NCBI GenBank assembly: GCA_964016885.1
Contig: OZ024741.1
Coordinates: 411,246,001 to 411,310,000 of the forward strand
Reading direction: 5' to 3'
Length of the DNA: 64,000 nucleotides
Source of the DNA: Eledone cirrhosa
Lineage: Eukaryota
Each line of letters starts with the position of its first letter. Within the stretch, counting starts at the first letter, position 1. Below, one piece after another: positions 26,059 to 36,797 of this stretch. The position numbers and the translations under genes were made by a program. A model generated the notes under the pieces. It worked only from the letters and a program-made list of their open reading frames with translations, ran no database searches and was not told the origin of the DNA.

Positions 26059-28177
26059 GAGAAGAAAGATGACGGACGTTATGAAAGTGTTTACCATCTT
26101 GAGAAGAAAGATGCATGGAAGAGCTATTATGATAGATTACTAAATGAGGAGAATGCATGAGAAGAAGAGACCCTACCCCAAGTAGACCCTATAGAGGGGC
26201 CAGCAGTACAAGTCAGCAGCAGCGTAGTAAGTAAGGCAATCAAAGATATGAAGATGGGGAAGGCAACCGGTCCATCGGGTATAACTGCCGAGATGCTGAA
26301 GGCCTCTGGGTCTGTAGGTCACACTATAACCACACGTATTGCAAACCAGGTAATACTAGAAGGTGTCATACCAAAAGATTGGTGCAGTAGCATCATTGTC
26401 AACTGCTACAAAGGTAAAGGTGATGCACTAGATACAGGAAACTATAGAGGTATAAAGCTGATGGACCAGGTCATGAAAGTAACAGAAAGAGTTATAGCAC
26501 AGTTGATTAGGGACAGGGTGAAAATAGATGAGATGCAATTTGGGTTTGTACCAGGAAAAGGCACCACTGATGCCCTCTTCCTTGTGAGGCAGTTACAGGA
26601 AAAGTACCTAGCTAAACGTAAGCCACTCTACCTGGCATTCGTCGATCTCGAGAAAGCCTTTGACAGAGTTCCACATGCTGTAATCTGGTGGGCTCTTAGA
26701 AAACTAGGAGTAGATGAATGGCTTGTGAAAGCTGTACAAGCCATGTATAGGGGAGCAGTCAGCAATGTTAGGATTAGCAATGAGTATAGCGAGGAATTTA
26801 GCGTACAGGTTGGTGTCCACCGGGTCTCTGTTCTTAGCCCTCTTCTGTTCATCATAGTCCTGCAGGCAATAGCGGAGGAGTTTAAGACCGGATGCCCATG
26901 GGAACTCCTGTATGCAGATGACCTCGCACTTATAGCTGAATCTATGGTCGAACTAGAGAAGAAATTCCAAACTTGGAAGCAGGGAATAGAAAGAAAGGGT
27001 CTCAAAGTCAACATGACAAAGACTAAGGTCCTTGTAAGTAGACGAGAAAACAGAACCCAGATCCCCTCAGGGAAATGGCCTTGCTCAGTATGTAGGAAAG
27101 GTGTAGGTAGGAACTCCATTCTCTGCCCCAAATGCAAACAATGGGTACACAAGAGATGTAGCAGGATCTCAGGAAGCTTAATTAAGAATGTAGGCTTCAC
27201 ATGTAGCTGCTATGCTGGGACAGCAAGCAGCAAACAGCCACAGGAAACAAGTACCACCAATCTCTGGGAGGGCTCTGTAGAAACAGTAGACAGCTTCTGC
27301 TACCTAGGTGACCGAATTAGCAGCGGAGGTGGGTGTTCAGAAAGTACAATAATTAGGGTAAGAATGGGATGGAAGAAGTTTAGGGAACTACTGCCACTGC
27401 TAGCTGCAAAAGGCTTCTCCCTCAAAATGAAAGGCAGACTGTATGATGCGTGTATCCGAACAGCAATGTTACATGGTAGTGAGACCTGGGCGCTGAAGGT
27501 GGAAGACTTACGTAGATTAGAGAGAAACGAAGCCTGCATGCTCCGATGGATGTGTAATAGTAATATACGTGAATGGCAAAGCATAAATGAATTGAGAGAG
27601 AGACTGAGCATAAGAGGAATCAAATGCTGTGTGCAGGAGAGGCGGTTGCGTTGGTATGGACATGTGATGCGTATGAAGGATGACAGCTGCATAAAACGGT
27701 GCAGAGCACTAGAAGTCAATGGAAACCGCGGAGTGGGGAGACCCAAGAAGACCTGAGATGAGGTGATAAAAGCCGACCTTACCCAATTACACCTCTCAAA
27801 AGCGATGACACACGACCGTGACCTCTGGCGTCACGCAGTAATACAGAGTACCCGACCTCCTATGGGTACAAGCTGAAGCATATAGACAATATGCCCCCAC
27901 ACCCTCCCACTGCAAAGTGGTCGTGGAGGTGCCACAGCAAAAAAGCACCCAGCCCACACTGTAAAGTGGACGTGTAGGTGCCACGGATAAAAGCACCCAG
28001 CACTCACTGTAAATGAGGTTGGTGTTAGGAAGGGCATCCAGCTGTAGAAATCAAGCCAAAATCAGTTCCTGTATGAGCAAGGCATGGTCAGCCGACCAGA
28101 CACTGCCCACAACTGGACAACCCGTCTAACCTATGCTAGCATGGAAGAACGGACGTAAAACGGTGATGATGATGATG
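26059..28177 (+). mobile_element. 5'-truncated RTE-clade LINE nested in the Tx1 copy, (GAT)n tail
   Basis: RT ORF, 3'UTR containing GTTAGGAAGGGCATCCAGCTGTAGAAA, tail ggtgatgatgatgatg. ACTT on both sides. Confidence 0.92.
26248..27756 (+). pseudogene. RTE reverse transcriptase ORF (502 aa) with an embedded PHD-like Cys/His finger; premature stop where a Trp codon is expected
   Basis: GKATGPSGI, NYRGIKL, QFGF, FVDLEKAFDRV, LSPLLF, LYADD, LHGSETW, RRLRWYGHV, GRPKKT*. The sibling at 35644 reads GRPRKTW. Confidence 0.88.
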
Positions 28178-30884
28178 ACTTCCGCTCGACCTTTCAAGGA
28201 TAGTTTGCACTCTGACCACTTCTGGGTGAGCACAAATACCTTGGGCGTGACCTCGTTCCAGTTTTTCTCCACCTGGAGGTCCGGACCGAACCAGACCTCG
28301 AGCAATTTCAATGGTCCGTCCGTCCAGCGTCCGACGACACTGTTGGACAGCATCGGTTTGCCTCTCCATGTTCCGAGTTGCAAACCGACGGATTTGTCTG
28401 GGTTGTTTTGCTCCTGTGAGTCTTCGTATTCTTGCAGGTTCGTATTCCTACCAGGTTCTCGATGACAAGCGCCAACCTCGTTGCCAACACCTTGGCCAAA
28501 GTCTTGAGCAGAGTTATGGGCCTAAAGTTGCTTAGTTTGTCCCCTTTGTTCTCATCTTTCCTGATCAGCATTACTACACCCCTGCCTGCGGAATTGGGAA
28601 TTCTCCCGTTCTGCTGCCAGCTGCAGTAGACAGCTTCGAGGACGCCAGAGAACAAGTCCGGCATGCCTTGTAAAACTCATAGGGTAGACCATCTAGACTG
28701 GGTGATTTACATTTCCCGCAGCGGCCCAGAGTGTCCCGTATCTCAGTGGCTGTGATCGGTCTTTCGCAGAACTCGGTGTCCATGCTCGAGAGATGCGGCA
28801 GGCCGTCGAGGTATGAACCGAAGTCCATTGCCCCATTCGACTTGTTGCCACTTTTCGCCTCTGACACTCGGGCCCAGCTAACAGTTTTTGCTCCCTTGTT
28901 TCCTAGAGGTCGTGATTTACTTCTGACCACGCAGCCTTCGTGTTGAAGAACTGGTCCAGTGCCATTCTCATTGCTAGCACTCTAGCTGCGTTTCCACTCC
29001 TAAGCGCCTCCTCTACCTTGGTTACTAGTTCTGTTTCTGTTTTGTTTTTCTTTAAGGCTAATTCTCTGCTAAAGTCTATCGACCCTACTCTAATTGCTTT
29101 CTTGAGAGAGTACCACCATCTGTTGTTGACGATGGCTCCCGTCAACTGTTGCTTAACTAATCTACTTATCCGTTCACTGTAGGCTTTACGTGTCGGTAGC
29201 GAAAGTATCCGGATCCTTGTCTATGTATTCTATCACAGTTGACTATGCAGATGACTAGTTTGTGGTCTGTATAGGCAACCATGTGCATTTGTGGACAGCT
29301 TAACATCTTGTCTCTCTCTCTCTAATAAAGAACCTGTCTAAATACGATCTAGATGTCCCGCTGTGGTTTGTCCACGTCCACTGTGGTGCAGTCGGGAAAT
29401 CTAGTCGATACCTATCAGCCAGTTGGAATTGGCCGATTAAATTCTTGAGGCTGTTGCACCCCCTTCTACTGGGACATGATCCTACATAGTCCCATCGTGC
29501 GTCTAGGATACCATTCCAGTCCCCCACTAAAAGCAAGGAGCGAGACGTTCCCAGAAAAGACTCTAGACGTTTAAAGAAGTCTGGCCACGATTGCCCAGTC
29601 GGGGCATAAACGGCCACCAGTCTGAAGGCTCCACCTCTAAGACTGTTCACGTCTAGGACTACCAGTCTACCCTCCGGGTCCAAGTGTACTTGCTGTATTT
29701 CGAGGTCCAGGTTTTTCCAAAACATGACAGCCACTCCCCCTCCACCTCCTGGCTGACAGAGAGATGCGAAAATCTCAAAGTCATTGAAGATGGGGGTTAG
29801 TTGCTGCCTGTTGTGGATCCTGGACTCGGTGATGGCTATCACATTCATACCGTGTGACCTAAGGTCGTTTAAAAGTTGGCCCTGTTTCCAGGGCATCCCT
29901 AGGCCACGCACATTCACACTTCCAACTCGTAAATTAGCCATGTAGTGAGACAGATAGGTATATAGATAGGCAGACATATAGGTATATAGATATATTTCTT
30001 TATTTGACAGATAGATATATTTCTATATAGGTATATAGATAGACAGATAGAACAAAGTCATCGTAATTTAGTTGATATATGTTTGATAATGATTAAAGAA
30101 AATTGTAGTTGATTTATATCAATATAAAATGAAATAGGGTGATGGTGTGAGTGACAATGGGGAGAAGGTTGAGGATAACCGAGGATGCAAGCATCTTTAC
30201 ATAAACAGTCATTTTTTTACGGGTAATATGCTAATAAACACATTTAGTTTAGCTGTGAATATTTAAACTAAATGTAAGTATATTATACGTAATCATATTG
30301 TATATGGGTTGATATAAGATTTTATTGTGAAACACGCTGTGTTAGTGTCATATTTGGATCCACGAACGAAATGTGTTTTGTTGAATTAAAGGAGAGACCC
30401 CCAGTTTACCAGAAAATAAACATTTAAACAACCACAACATAATATTAAACACGATAAAATAATATAAAGACAACCAGAGAACAGCATTAATTACATTGTT
30501 TACGGCTGGTAGCCTTGTTTCCTCGGTAAAAACATTATATACACACACATTATATATATATATGATTTTACATTCATTTAATTTATTGACGTATTGTTTT
30601 ATTGATATTTTTTATCTGTTTGGCCCGAATCTTCCTTTATCGATTTTAAATCGTATGGTTGATTGTAGACTTGTTCTATATGTGACGGTATTTTAACGAT
30701 AGTTATAGCTCTGATTCATCTGAATTATTGAGCCCTCTGCCGCTCATATCGGATTTCGTTTTTCGTTAACTCGTGCGCCGATTTTTCGATACTCGATCTT
30801 TCTAATATATATATATATATATGAAAAGATACAGGACCCCGGCGGCTGAGATCCGGCCGTTTCGACAGATAGATCCGAACCATA

Positions 30885-30919
<35 letters not shown>

Positions 30920-30921
30920 TA

Positions 30922-31072
30922 TGGGACTTTCCCGGTGATTTCATACGAATGAAGCAGTTGTAGTCCTGTAGATGTCATTTCTAAATAAAATAAAGATGCC
31001 TACACTCTACTAAAGTATTGAGTACTTTTCTTAACTGTTGTCACTTCGAAATATACACCGGGAACCTACCCA
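30922..31072 (+). mobile_element. Degenerate Penelope-like terminal-repeat remnant (same family as 35046-35218)
   Basis: tgatttcatacgaatgaagcagttgtagtcctgtaga...gtattgagtact..ttaactgt aligns with the 35.1-kb copy; the hammerhead core is mutated. Confidence 0.6.
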
Positions 31073-31109
31073 TGTATATATAAATATATATATTATATAT
31101 ATATATAAA

Positions 31110-31287
31110 TCAGGATTAAACTAGTTAGACCATTATTCGACAGAGTACTCGATACTTGGGATAGTTGGGGTGGCTATATTAGAGAGTCGCGGCGCAACGG
31201 CTGAGCTCTTGCTCTTTCGACATCTAATGTCAAAGTTTGGAACTAGCTGTCGAAACGGCAAGAGCTCAGCCATCGGGCCCCAACTCT
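31110..31287. repeat. Dispersed repeat ending in a 24-bp imperfect inverted repeat; hammerhead 3'-half remnant
   Basis: GGCTGAGCTCTTGCtcTTTCGACA ... TGTCGAAAcgGCAAGAGCTCAGCC. Related sequence at 30830-30880 and 38347-38443. Confidence 0.6.
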
Positions 31288-31546
31288 TTATATATATGTA
31301 CACATATATATATACATACACAACATATATACATATATACACACATACATTTATATATATATATACAAAATATACATACATACGTACAACATACAAATAT
31401 ATATACGTACACAACATATACATATGTATGTGTTTATATATATACATACATACATGTGGTTTTTAAAGATATTTAGAATTGTCGAAAAGATGACATTCAA
31501 TAATTATTACTATTTCTCTAGCAGTAAATATTGTGTAGTGACGTAC

Positions 31547-31647
31547 CTGGTAGCTCCATTAGTTAAACCACGGATATTACATTGCCAGTTGGCTTCTATC
31601 AGTTCTTTTTTCACTTGACAAATATCTAAACTTGAAATATCCGCCAT
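31547..31647 (-). CDS. CDC23: CDC23/APC8 first coding exon
   Basis: ATG GCG at 31647. Translates MADISSLDICQVKKELIEANWQCNIRGLTNGAT(R), resembling the APC8 N-terminus (DLxxIKKxL...RGL). Donor CAG|GTACGT, phase 2, compatible with exon 2. Confidence 0.82.
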
Positions 31648-31694
31648 ATCTCCTCTCCACATACAAGGGCAGATAACTCACTGGAGAGTTGCAC

Positions 31695-31808
31695 ATCTTC
31701 CTTCTTTGTCTACTCCTCCTTTTTCTTCTTCTTTCCCTTCTTCTTCTTCGCTTCTTCTTCTTCGCTTCTTCTTCTTCTTCGCCTTCTTCTTCTTCTTCTC
31801 CTTCTCCC
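31695..31808. repeat. (CTT)n-rich low-complexity tract just upstream of the CDC23 ATG
   Basis: Read directly. Confidence 0.85.
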
Positions 31809-31959
31809 ACTTATTCCTGAGAGGGTCTTAGGTCAGTCCTAACAAATCCCCAGACAAGACCAGCCAAGCTCATGGATGTTATCCAACCATCTTTCCCAGG
31901 GTCAATCCCTGGCTCTCCTGCTAGTTGCTTTTAATATAACTTAATTTAATTACATAGCT

Positions 31960-32225
31960 GTGTGAATGTGTATGGCGAAATGGTTAGGATGCTTGAAATT
32001 GTATCATAATGTCATTGGTTCAATTCCTGGTCAGGCTACTGTGTTGTGTTCTTGAGCAAAACATTTGATTTCACATTGTTCCAGTACACACAGCTGAGAG
32101 TGAGTATCAGCAGTAGCTGGGGAGTTAATCCTGTGATAGACTAGCATCCTATCCAGGGAGTATCTTGTACTCTCAGTCACTTAACACCAAGGAAACCAGG
32201 GACAAATACAGACCTGATGAGACAC
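31960..32225 (+). mobile_element. tRNA-derived SINE with a CORE-like central domain
   Basis: A box TGGCGAAATGG, B box GGTTCAATTCC, then TGTGTTCTTGAGCAAAACATTT..TTCACATTG. A homolog lies on the minus strand at 36672-36797. Confidence 0.75.
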
Positions 32226-32287
32226 TTTTCAGATCTTTCAATCTATGATCTTAAAACAGGATTTTTGCCAAATTTATTCCTCTAAGG

Positions 32288-32355
32288 CAGGGGTGGGCAA
32301 ACCTTTTGGATCTAGGTCCATATTGACTGGGGCATGAACCCCAGAGGGCCACACC
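32288..32355 (+). mobile_element. Possible hAT (Charlie-like) terminal fragment
   Basis: Begins CAGGGGTGGGCAAAC and contains GGGCCACA, as typical hAT termini do. No partner end was found. Confidence 0.4.
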
Positions 32356-32378
32356 ATTTATTATTGGATATAGTACAC

Positions 32379-33635
32379 TATAGTATAGTACAGTATAGTA
32401 TAGTACGTATAGTATAGTATAGTATAGTATAGTATAGTATAGAACAGTATAGTACAGTGTAGTATAGTACAGTATAGAATAGTATAGTACAGTATAGAAT
32501 AGTATAGTACAGTATAGTACTGTATAGTATAGTACAGTATAGTATAGTATAGTATAGTACAGTATAGTATAGTATAGTACAGTATAGTAAAGTATAGTAT
32601 AGAACAGTATAGTACAGTATAGTATAGTATAGTACAGTATAGAATAGTATAGTATAGTATAGTATAGTATAGTACAGTATAGTATAGTATAGTACAGTAT
32701 AGTAAAGTATAGTATAGTATAGTACAGTATAGTATAGTATAGTACAGTATAGTATAGTATAGTATAGTACAGTATAGTATAGTATAGTATAGTACAGTAT
32801 AGTAAAGTATAGTATAGTATAGTACAGTATAGTATAGTACAGTATAGTATAGTATAGTATAGTATAGTACAGTATAGTATAGTATAGTACAGTATAGTAA
32901 AGTATAGTATAGAACAGTATAGTACAGTATAGTACAGTATAGAATAGTATAGTATAGTACAGTATAGTACTGTATAGTATAGTACAGTATAGTATAGTAT
33001 AGTATAGTACAGTATAGTATAGTATAGTATAGTACAGTATAGTAAAGTATAGTATAGAACAGTATAGTACAGTATAGTATAGTATAGTACAGTATAGAAT
33101 AGTATAGTACAGTACAGTATAGTATAGTATAGTACAGTATAGTATAGTATAGTATAGTATAGTACAGTATAGTATAGTACAGTATAGTATAGTACAGTAT
33201 AGTATAGTATAGTACAGTATAGTACAGTATAGTATAGTACAGTACAGTACAGTACAGTAAAGTATAGTACAGTATAGTACAGTATAGTATAGTATAGTAC
33301 AGTATAGTATAGTATAGTACAGTATAATATAGTATAGTACAGTATAGTATAGTATTATATAGTATAGTACAGTATAGTACAGTATAGTATAATATAGTAT
33401 AGTACAGTATAGTATAGTATAGGATAGGATGGTATAGTATAGTATAGTACAGTATAGTATAGTATAGTACAGTATAGTACAGTATAGTATAGTATAGTAC
33501 AGTATAGTACAGTATAGTATAGTACAGTATAGTACAGTACAGTATAGTATAGTATAGTATAGTACAGTATAGTACAGTATAGTATAGTACAGTATAGTAT
33601 AGTATAGTACAGTATAGTATAGTACAGTACAGTAC
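32379..33635. repeat. Pentanucleotide satellite (AGTAT/AGTAC)n, ~250 units
   Basis: Read directly. Confidence 0.97.
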
Positions 33636-34745
33636 ATCAATGAAGTTTTGGACCAAGGAAGTGTTAAGGAATACACTGTGCTATGTGGGTTTCAGAAATT
33701 CCATCATGGTAAATTCACTCTTGAAGATAAGGAAGGTCACAGACGTCCTTCTATTAATGGAGACATATTGAAGACTTTGGTGAAAGCAAACCCTGGCACT
33801 AGAGGTCAAAACTTGCAAGAGAGTTAGATATAAGAATTGGAACAATTTCGGAATATTGGAATTTAATTGGAAAATTGAAAAAGCTTGGAAAATTGCTGCC
33901 ACACAAATTGAATAAAAAAAACAGAAAAAAATCACTATTATGTAGTTTGCCCTTTGATTCTTTCTTGCAACAAAAACAACCCATTTCTTGATCATACCAT
34001 GATGAGCAATGAAAAGTAGATCCTTTATAAAAGCTGTCAATATTGACCAGAGTGACTGGACTGCGGTCAAGTTTCTTTACACTTTCGAAAGCCGAAATTG
34101 CACATAAAGACTATTATGGCAACCCTTTGATGATCCATAGCTGGATTAATCCACTACAGCTTTCCTAATCATGGGAAAACAATCACAACTGGGAAGAACT
34201 ATTGTCATGAAATTGAGGAAATGCATAAAAAATGTCAACATATGTGTCAAGCATTGGTCAGTAGAAAAGATCCGATCCTCTTGCACAATAATGCTTGACC
34301 AAACATCGCTCAACAAATACTCTAGAAGTTGAACAAATTCTGCTACAAAACTCTCCCACATCCACCATACTTACCAGATCTTTCATCAACTAACTACCAT
34401 TTTTTCAACGCTTTAGACTCGTCATCACCCATAGTAATGTTTCGGACATGTTGGCTTGCCTCAAAGTATTCTGTTCACCCTCATGCTGTGTGGTTGATTG
34501 TCACACTTGGTGGTGAATATATATTTGTAAAGTATTGTATATATTATTTGTGTCTATTTTCATTCTGTAAGAATTATAAATAATTTGTAATGTTATTTAT
34601 ACAATTATCAATAAACTACAAATATTTTTTCAACAATTCTTGCAAGTGAAAGTCTTCAACAACCGAACAACCACAATATATGGCTTTAAAGAATTCTTTA
34701 TCACTTGAACTTCACACTTCTACATTACCAGAATATATATACTTA
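33636..34745 (+). pseudogene. Decayed mariner (Tc1/mariner) transposase, with a ~210-bp insertion at ~34415-34625
   Basis: INEVLDQGSVKEYTV..FQKF..G.FTLEDKEGHRRPS (HTH region), PILLHNNA, and LPHPPYLPDLSSTNYHFF (the YSPDLAP motif). Contains frameshifts and stops. Confidence 0.85.
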
Positions 34746-34865
34746 AGAATTCTTTACCACCTGAAGATCAGACTTCAACATTACAACAGACCTGCCAACC
34801 ACTAAAACCCAAAACGGGGAGTAAAGGCTACAGGATCAACCTAAATAAATTACACACATACACTC

Positions 34866-34896
<31 letters not shown>

Positions 34897-34987
34897 GGGA
34901 TAGAGAGAGAGAGAAAGAGAGAGGGCAATATGAGATTCAACTAACCAAGTTACTTAAAAACTACCAACAAAAAACTATACTTTGTTG

Positions 34988-35045
<58 letters not shown>

Positions 35046-35050
<5 letters not shown>

Positions 35051-35215
35051 TGAGATTCTACAGGACTAGAACTGTTTCATTCATTAGAAATCATCAGGAA
35101 TCTGAATGAAACAGTTCTAGTCCTGTAGAATCTCATCTATATTAAAACTGTTATACTCTGCTATGTATTGAGTACCTTACTTACTGTGGTTACCTCCGAT
35201 TCAACCCGGAATAAC

Positions 35216-35218
<3 letters not shown>
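35046..35218. mobile_element. Penelope-like pLTR remnant with a ~38-bp perfect inverted duplication, embedded in (TA)n
   Basis: ATAGATGAGATTCTACAGGACTAGAACTGTTTCATTCA and its reverse complement at 35103-35140; (TA)n on both flanks. Confidence 0.7.
35054..35102 (-). ncRNA. Putative type I hammerhead ribozyme in a Penelope-like terminal repeat
   Basis: Minus strand GAUUC CUGAUGA UUUC-UAAU-GAAU GAAA CAG-UUCUAGUC-CUG UA GAAUC: full core, stem I GAUUC/GAAUC, stem III ACAG/CUGU, GUA cleavage triplet. First pair of stem II is U.U. Confidence 0.72.
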
Positions 35219-35264
<46 letters not shown>

Positions 35265-35306
35265 AAGTAATTCCGTCGGAAAGGTCAAGGAAAAAAGAAT
35301 GCCCTA

Positions 35307-35604
35307 TGTAGGTTACAGAGCTTAATAGTTATGTAATAAACAACATAAGATAATTATTTCATTTACCAGTGGTTTCTTGAAAGCAAACAAAATTTGCTTT
35401 CAGTCATCAAAATTTTGTTTGCTTTCAAGAAACCACTGGTAAATGAAATAATTATCTTATGTTGTTTATTACATAACTATTAAGCTCTGTAACCTACAGA
35501 CACCAGGATTTTTTCATTCTGATGACTGAAAGCAAATTTTTTTTTGCTTTCAATAAACCACTGGTAAATGAAATAATTATCTTATGTTGTTTATTACATA
35601 ACTA
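35307..35604. mobile_element. Second Penelope-like/retrozyme-like remnant: ~88-bp inverted repeat plus a 125-bp direct repeat
   Basis: Arms 35307-35394 and 35410-35498. GCTTTCAA..AAACCACTGGTAAATGAAA recurs at 35421 and 35546. Confidence 0.7.
35418..35575 (+). ncRNA. Putative hammerhead ribozyme (second family)
   Basis: TTTCATT CTGATGA C TGAAAGCAAA-loop-TTTGCTTTCA A (G/T)AAA CCACTGG TA AATGAAA. GAAA is intact in the 35429 half-copy and reads TAAA in the 35554 copy. Confidence 0.62.
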
Positions 35605-35615
35605 TATATATATAT

Positions 35616-36232
35616 CGAGAGAAGACTACATTGGTACGGTCACATGATGCGCATGAAAAACGACAGCTGTATAAAAAAGTGCAGGGCGATAAAAATAGAC
35701 GGTAGCCACGGAGTAGGCAGACCCAGAAAAACCTGGGACGACTTGATAAATTCCGACCTCACACACTTACACCTGTCCAAGACAATGTCAATGGACCGAG
35801 ATCTTTGGTGCTACACAGTAATACAGAAGACCCGCCTTGCCTAAGTACAAAGTGAAACCTACAGTCAGTAGGCACCTCTAACAAAAATACACCCCTATCC
35901 CACTACCCCCACCCCATCCACACCACCCCCTTCAATGTGAAGTTATGTTGGTACCACAACATCCAGTCCGAAACAAATGAGGTCGTGTAGGTGTCATGAC
36001 AAAAAAAAAACACACAGTCCACGCTGTAATGTGGCCGTGTAGGTAACACAGTAAAAACCTCCCAGTTCACACTGTAAAAGTGGTTGGTGTTAGGAAGGGC
36101 ATCCAGCCGTAGAAAACCTGCCAGACAGTCCTATACGAGCAGGACAACCAATCTTGCCTCAAGTGGGAAAACTCCCGTCCAAACCCATGCTGGCGTGGAA
36201 GATGGACGTTAAACGATGATGATGATGATGAT
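35616..36232 (+). mobile_element. 3' fragment of an RTE LINE with (GAT)n tail
   Basis: ERRLHWYGHMMRMKNDSCIKKC..GRPRKTW. 3'UTR homologous to 27870-28177. Confidence 0.9.
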
Positions 36233-36237
36233 ATATA

Positions 36238-36549
36238 TATAAAGAAAAAAAGATGAAATCGAAAATGCAACTGGAGTCTTATTTTAAAAAAAAATATATA
36301 TATTTATTTGGTTCCTTTACCGGTTTCGCAGTTCTTCTGCTTTTCAAAAGTAGAGTTGAGAGTTGAGGGTCTGTTGAGAGTTGAGGGTCTGTGGTTTTTC
36401 TCACATATGTGAGAAAAACCCTCCATCTCAACTCTACTTTTGAAAAGCAGAAGAACTGCGAAACCGGTAAAGGAACCAAATAAATATATATATTTTTTTT
36501 AAAAATAAGACTCCAGTTGCATTTTCGATTTCATCTTTTTTTCTTTATA
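36238..36549. repeat. ~124-bp near-perfect inverted repeat with an internal 28-bp palindrome
   Basis: Arms 36238-36361 and 36426-36549; GGTTTTTCTCACATATGTGAGAAAAACC at 36393-36420. Confidence 0.9.
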
Positions 36550-36671
36550 CTTTCACTCGTGTAGGACACCTCGGTTATTTTTCATTTTGTAAAAAAAACC
36601 TTACTTTCTAATATATATATATATTATATATATATATGTATGTATATATATATATTATATATATACATTTC

Positions 36672-36797
36672 TACAGCTGAGTAAACTGGAGCAATGTGAA
36701 ATAAAGTGTCTTGCTCAAGGAAACAACACATCACCCGGTCACTCACAACCTTTCGATTGCAAGGCCAATGCTCTAACCACTAAGCCGTGTGCCTCCA
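36672..36797 (-). mobile_element. Truncated tRNA-derived SINE
   Basis: Minus strand TGGAGGCACACGGCTTAGTGGTTAGAGCATTGG..GTGTTGTTTCCTTGAGCAAGACACTTTATTTCACATTGCTCCAG; homologous to 31960-32225. Confidence 0.78.

Larger units (their letters stand above)
25261..29941 (-). mobile_element. Older Tx1-clade LINE spanning ORF2 ATG to 3' end, with multiple deletions, split by a nested RTE
   Basis: Starts MANLRVGSVNVRGL (APE endonuclease: VYAP, GDWN, YLDR). RT fragments at 28180-29200; C-terminal WWTRLRGLR; 3' AATAAAGAAAT near 25262. The KGRAEV|ANIF motif is split between 28178 and 26058. Confidence 0.9.

Noticed and set aside
31577-31810. 77-aa poly-E/K/R ORF
   Set aside because: Translation of a GAA-rich tract; the real CDC23 frame starts at 31647 in a different frame.
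31960-32035. tRNA gene
   Set aside because: A and B boxes are present but there is no cloverleaf, and it continues into a SINE body.
32211-32230. CTGATGA as a hammerhead core
   Set aside because: No correctly placed GAAA or stems follow; it lies in the SINE 3' region.
32361-33676. 431/432-aa YTILY-repeat ORFs
   Set aside because: Translation of the pentanucleotide satellite.
36455-36480. CGAAACCGGTA as a complete hammerhead
   Set aside because: Only the 3' half is present; no CUGANGA with a matching stem I strand was found, so it is kept only as a remnant.
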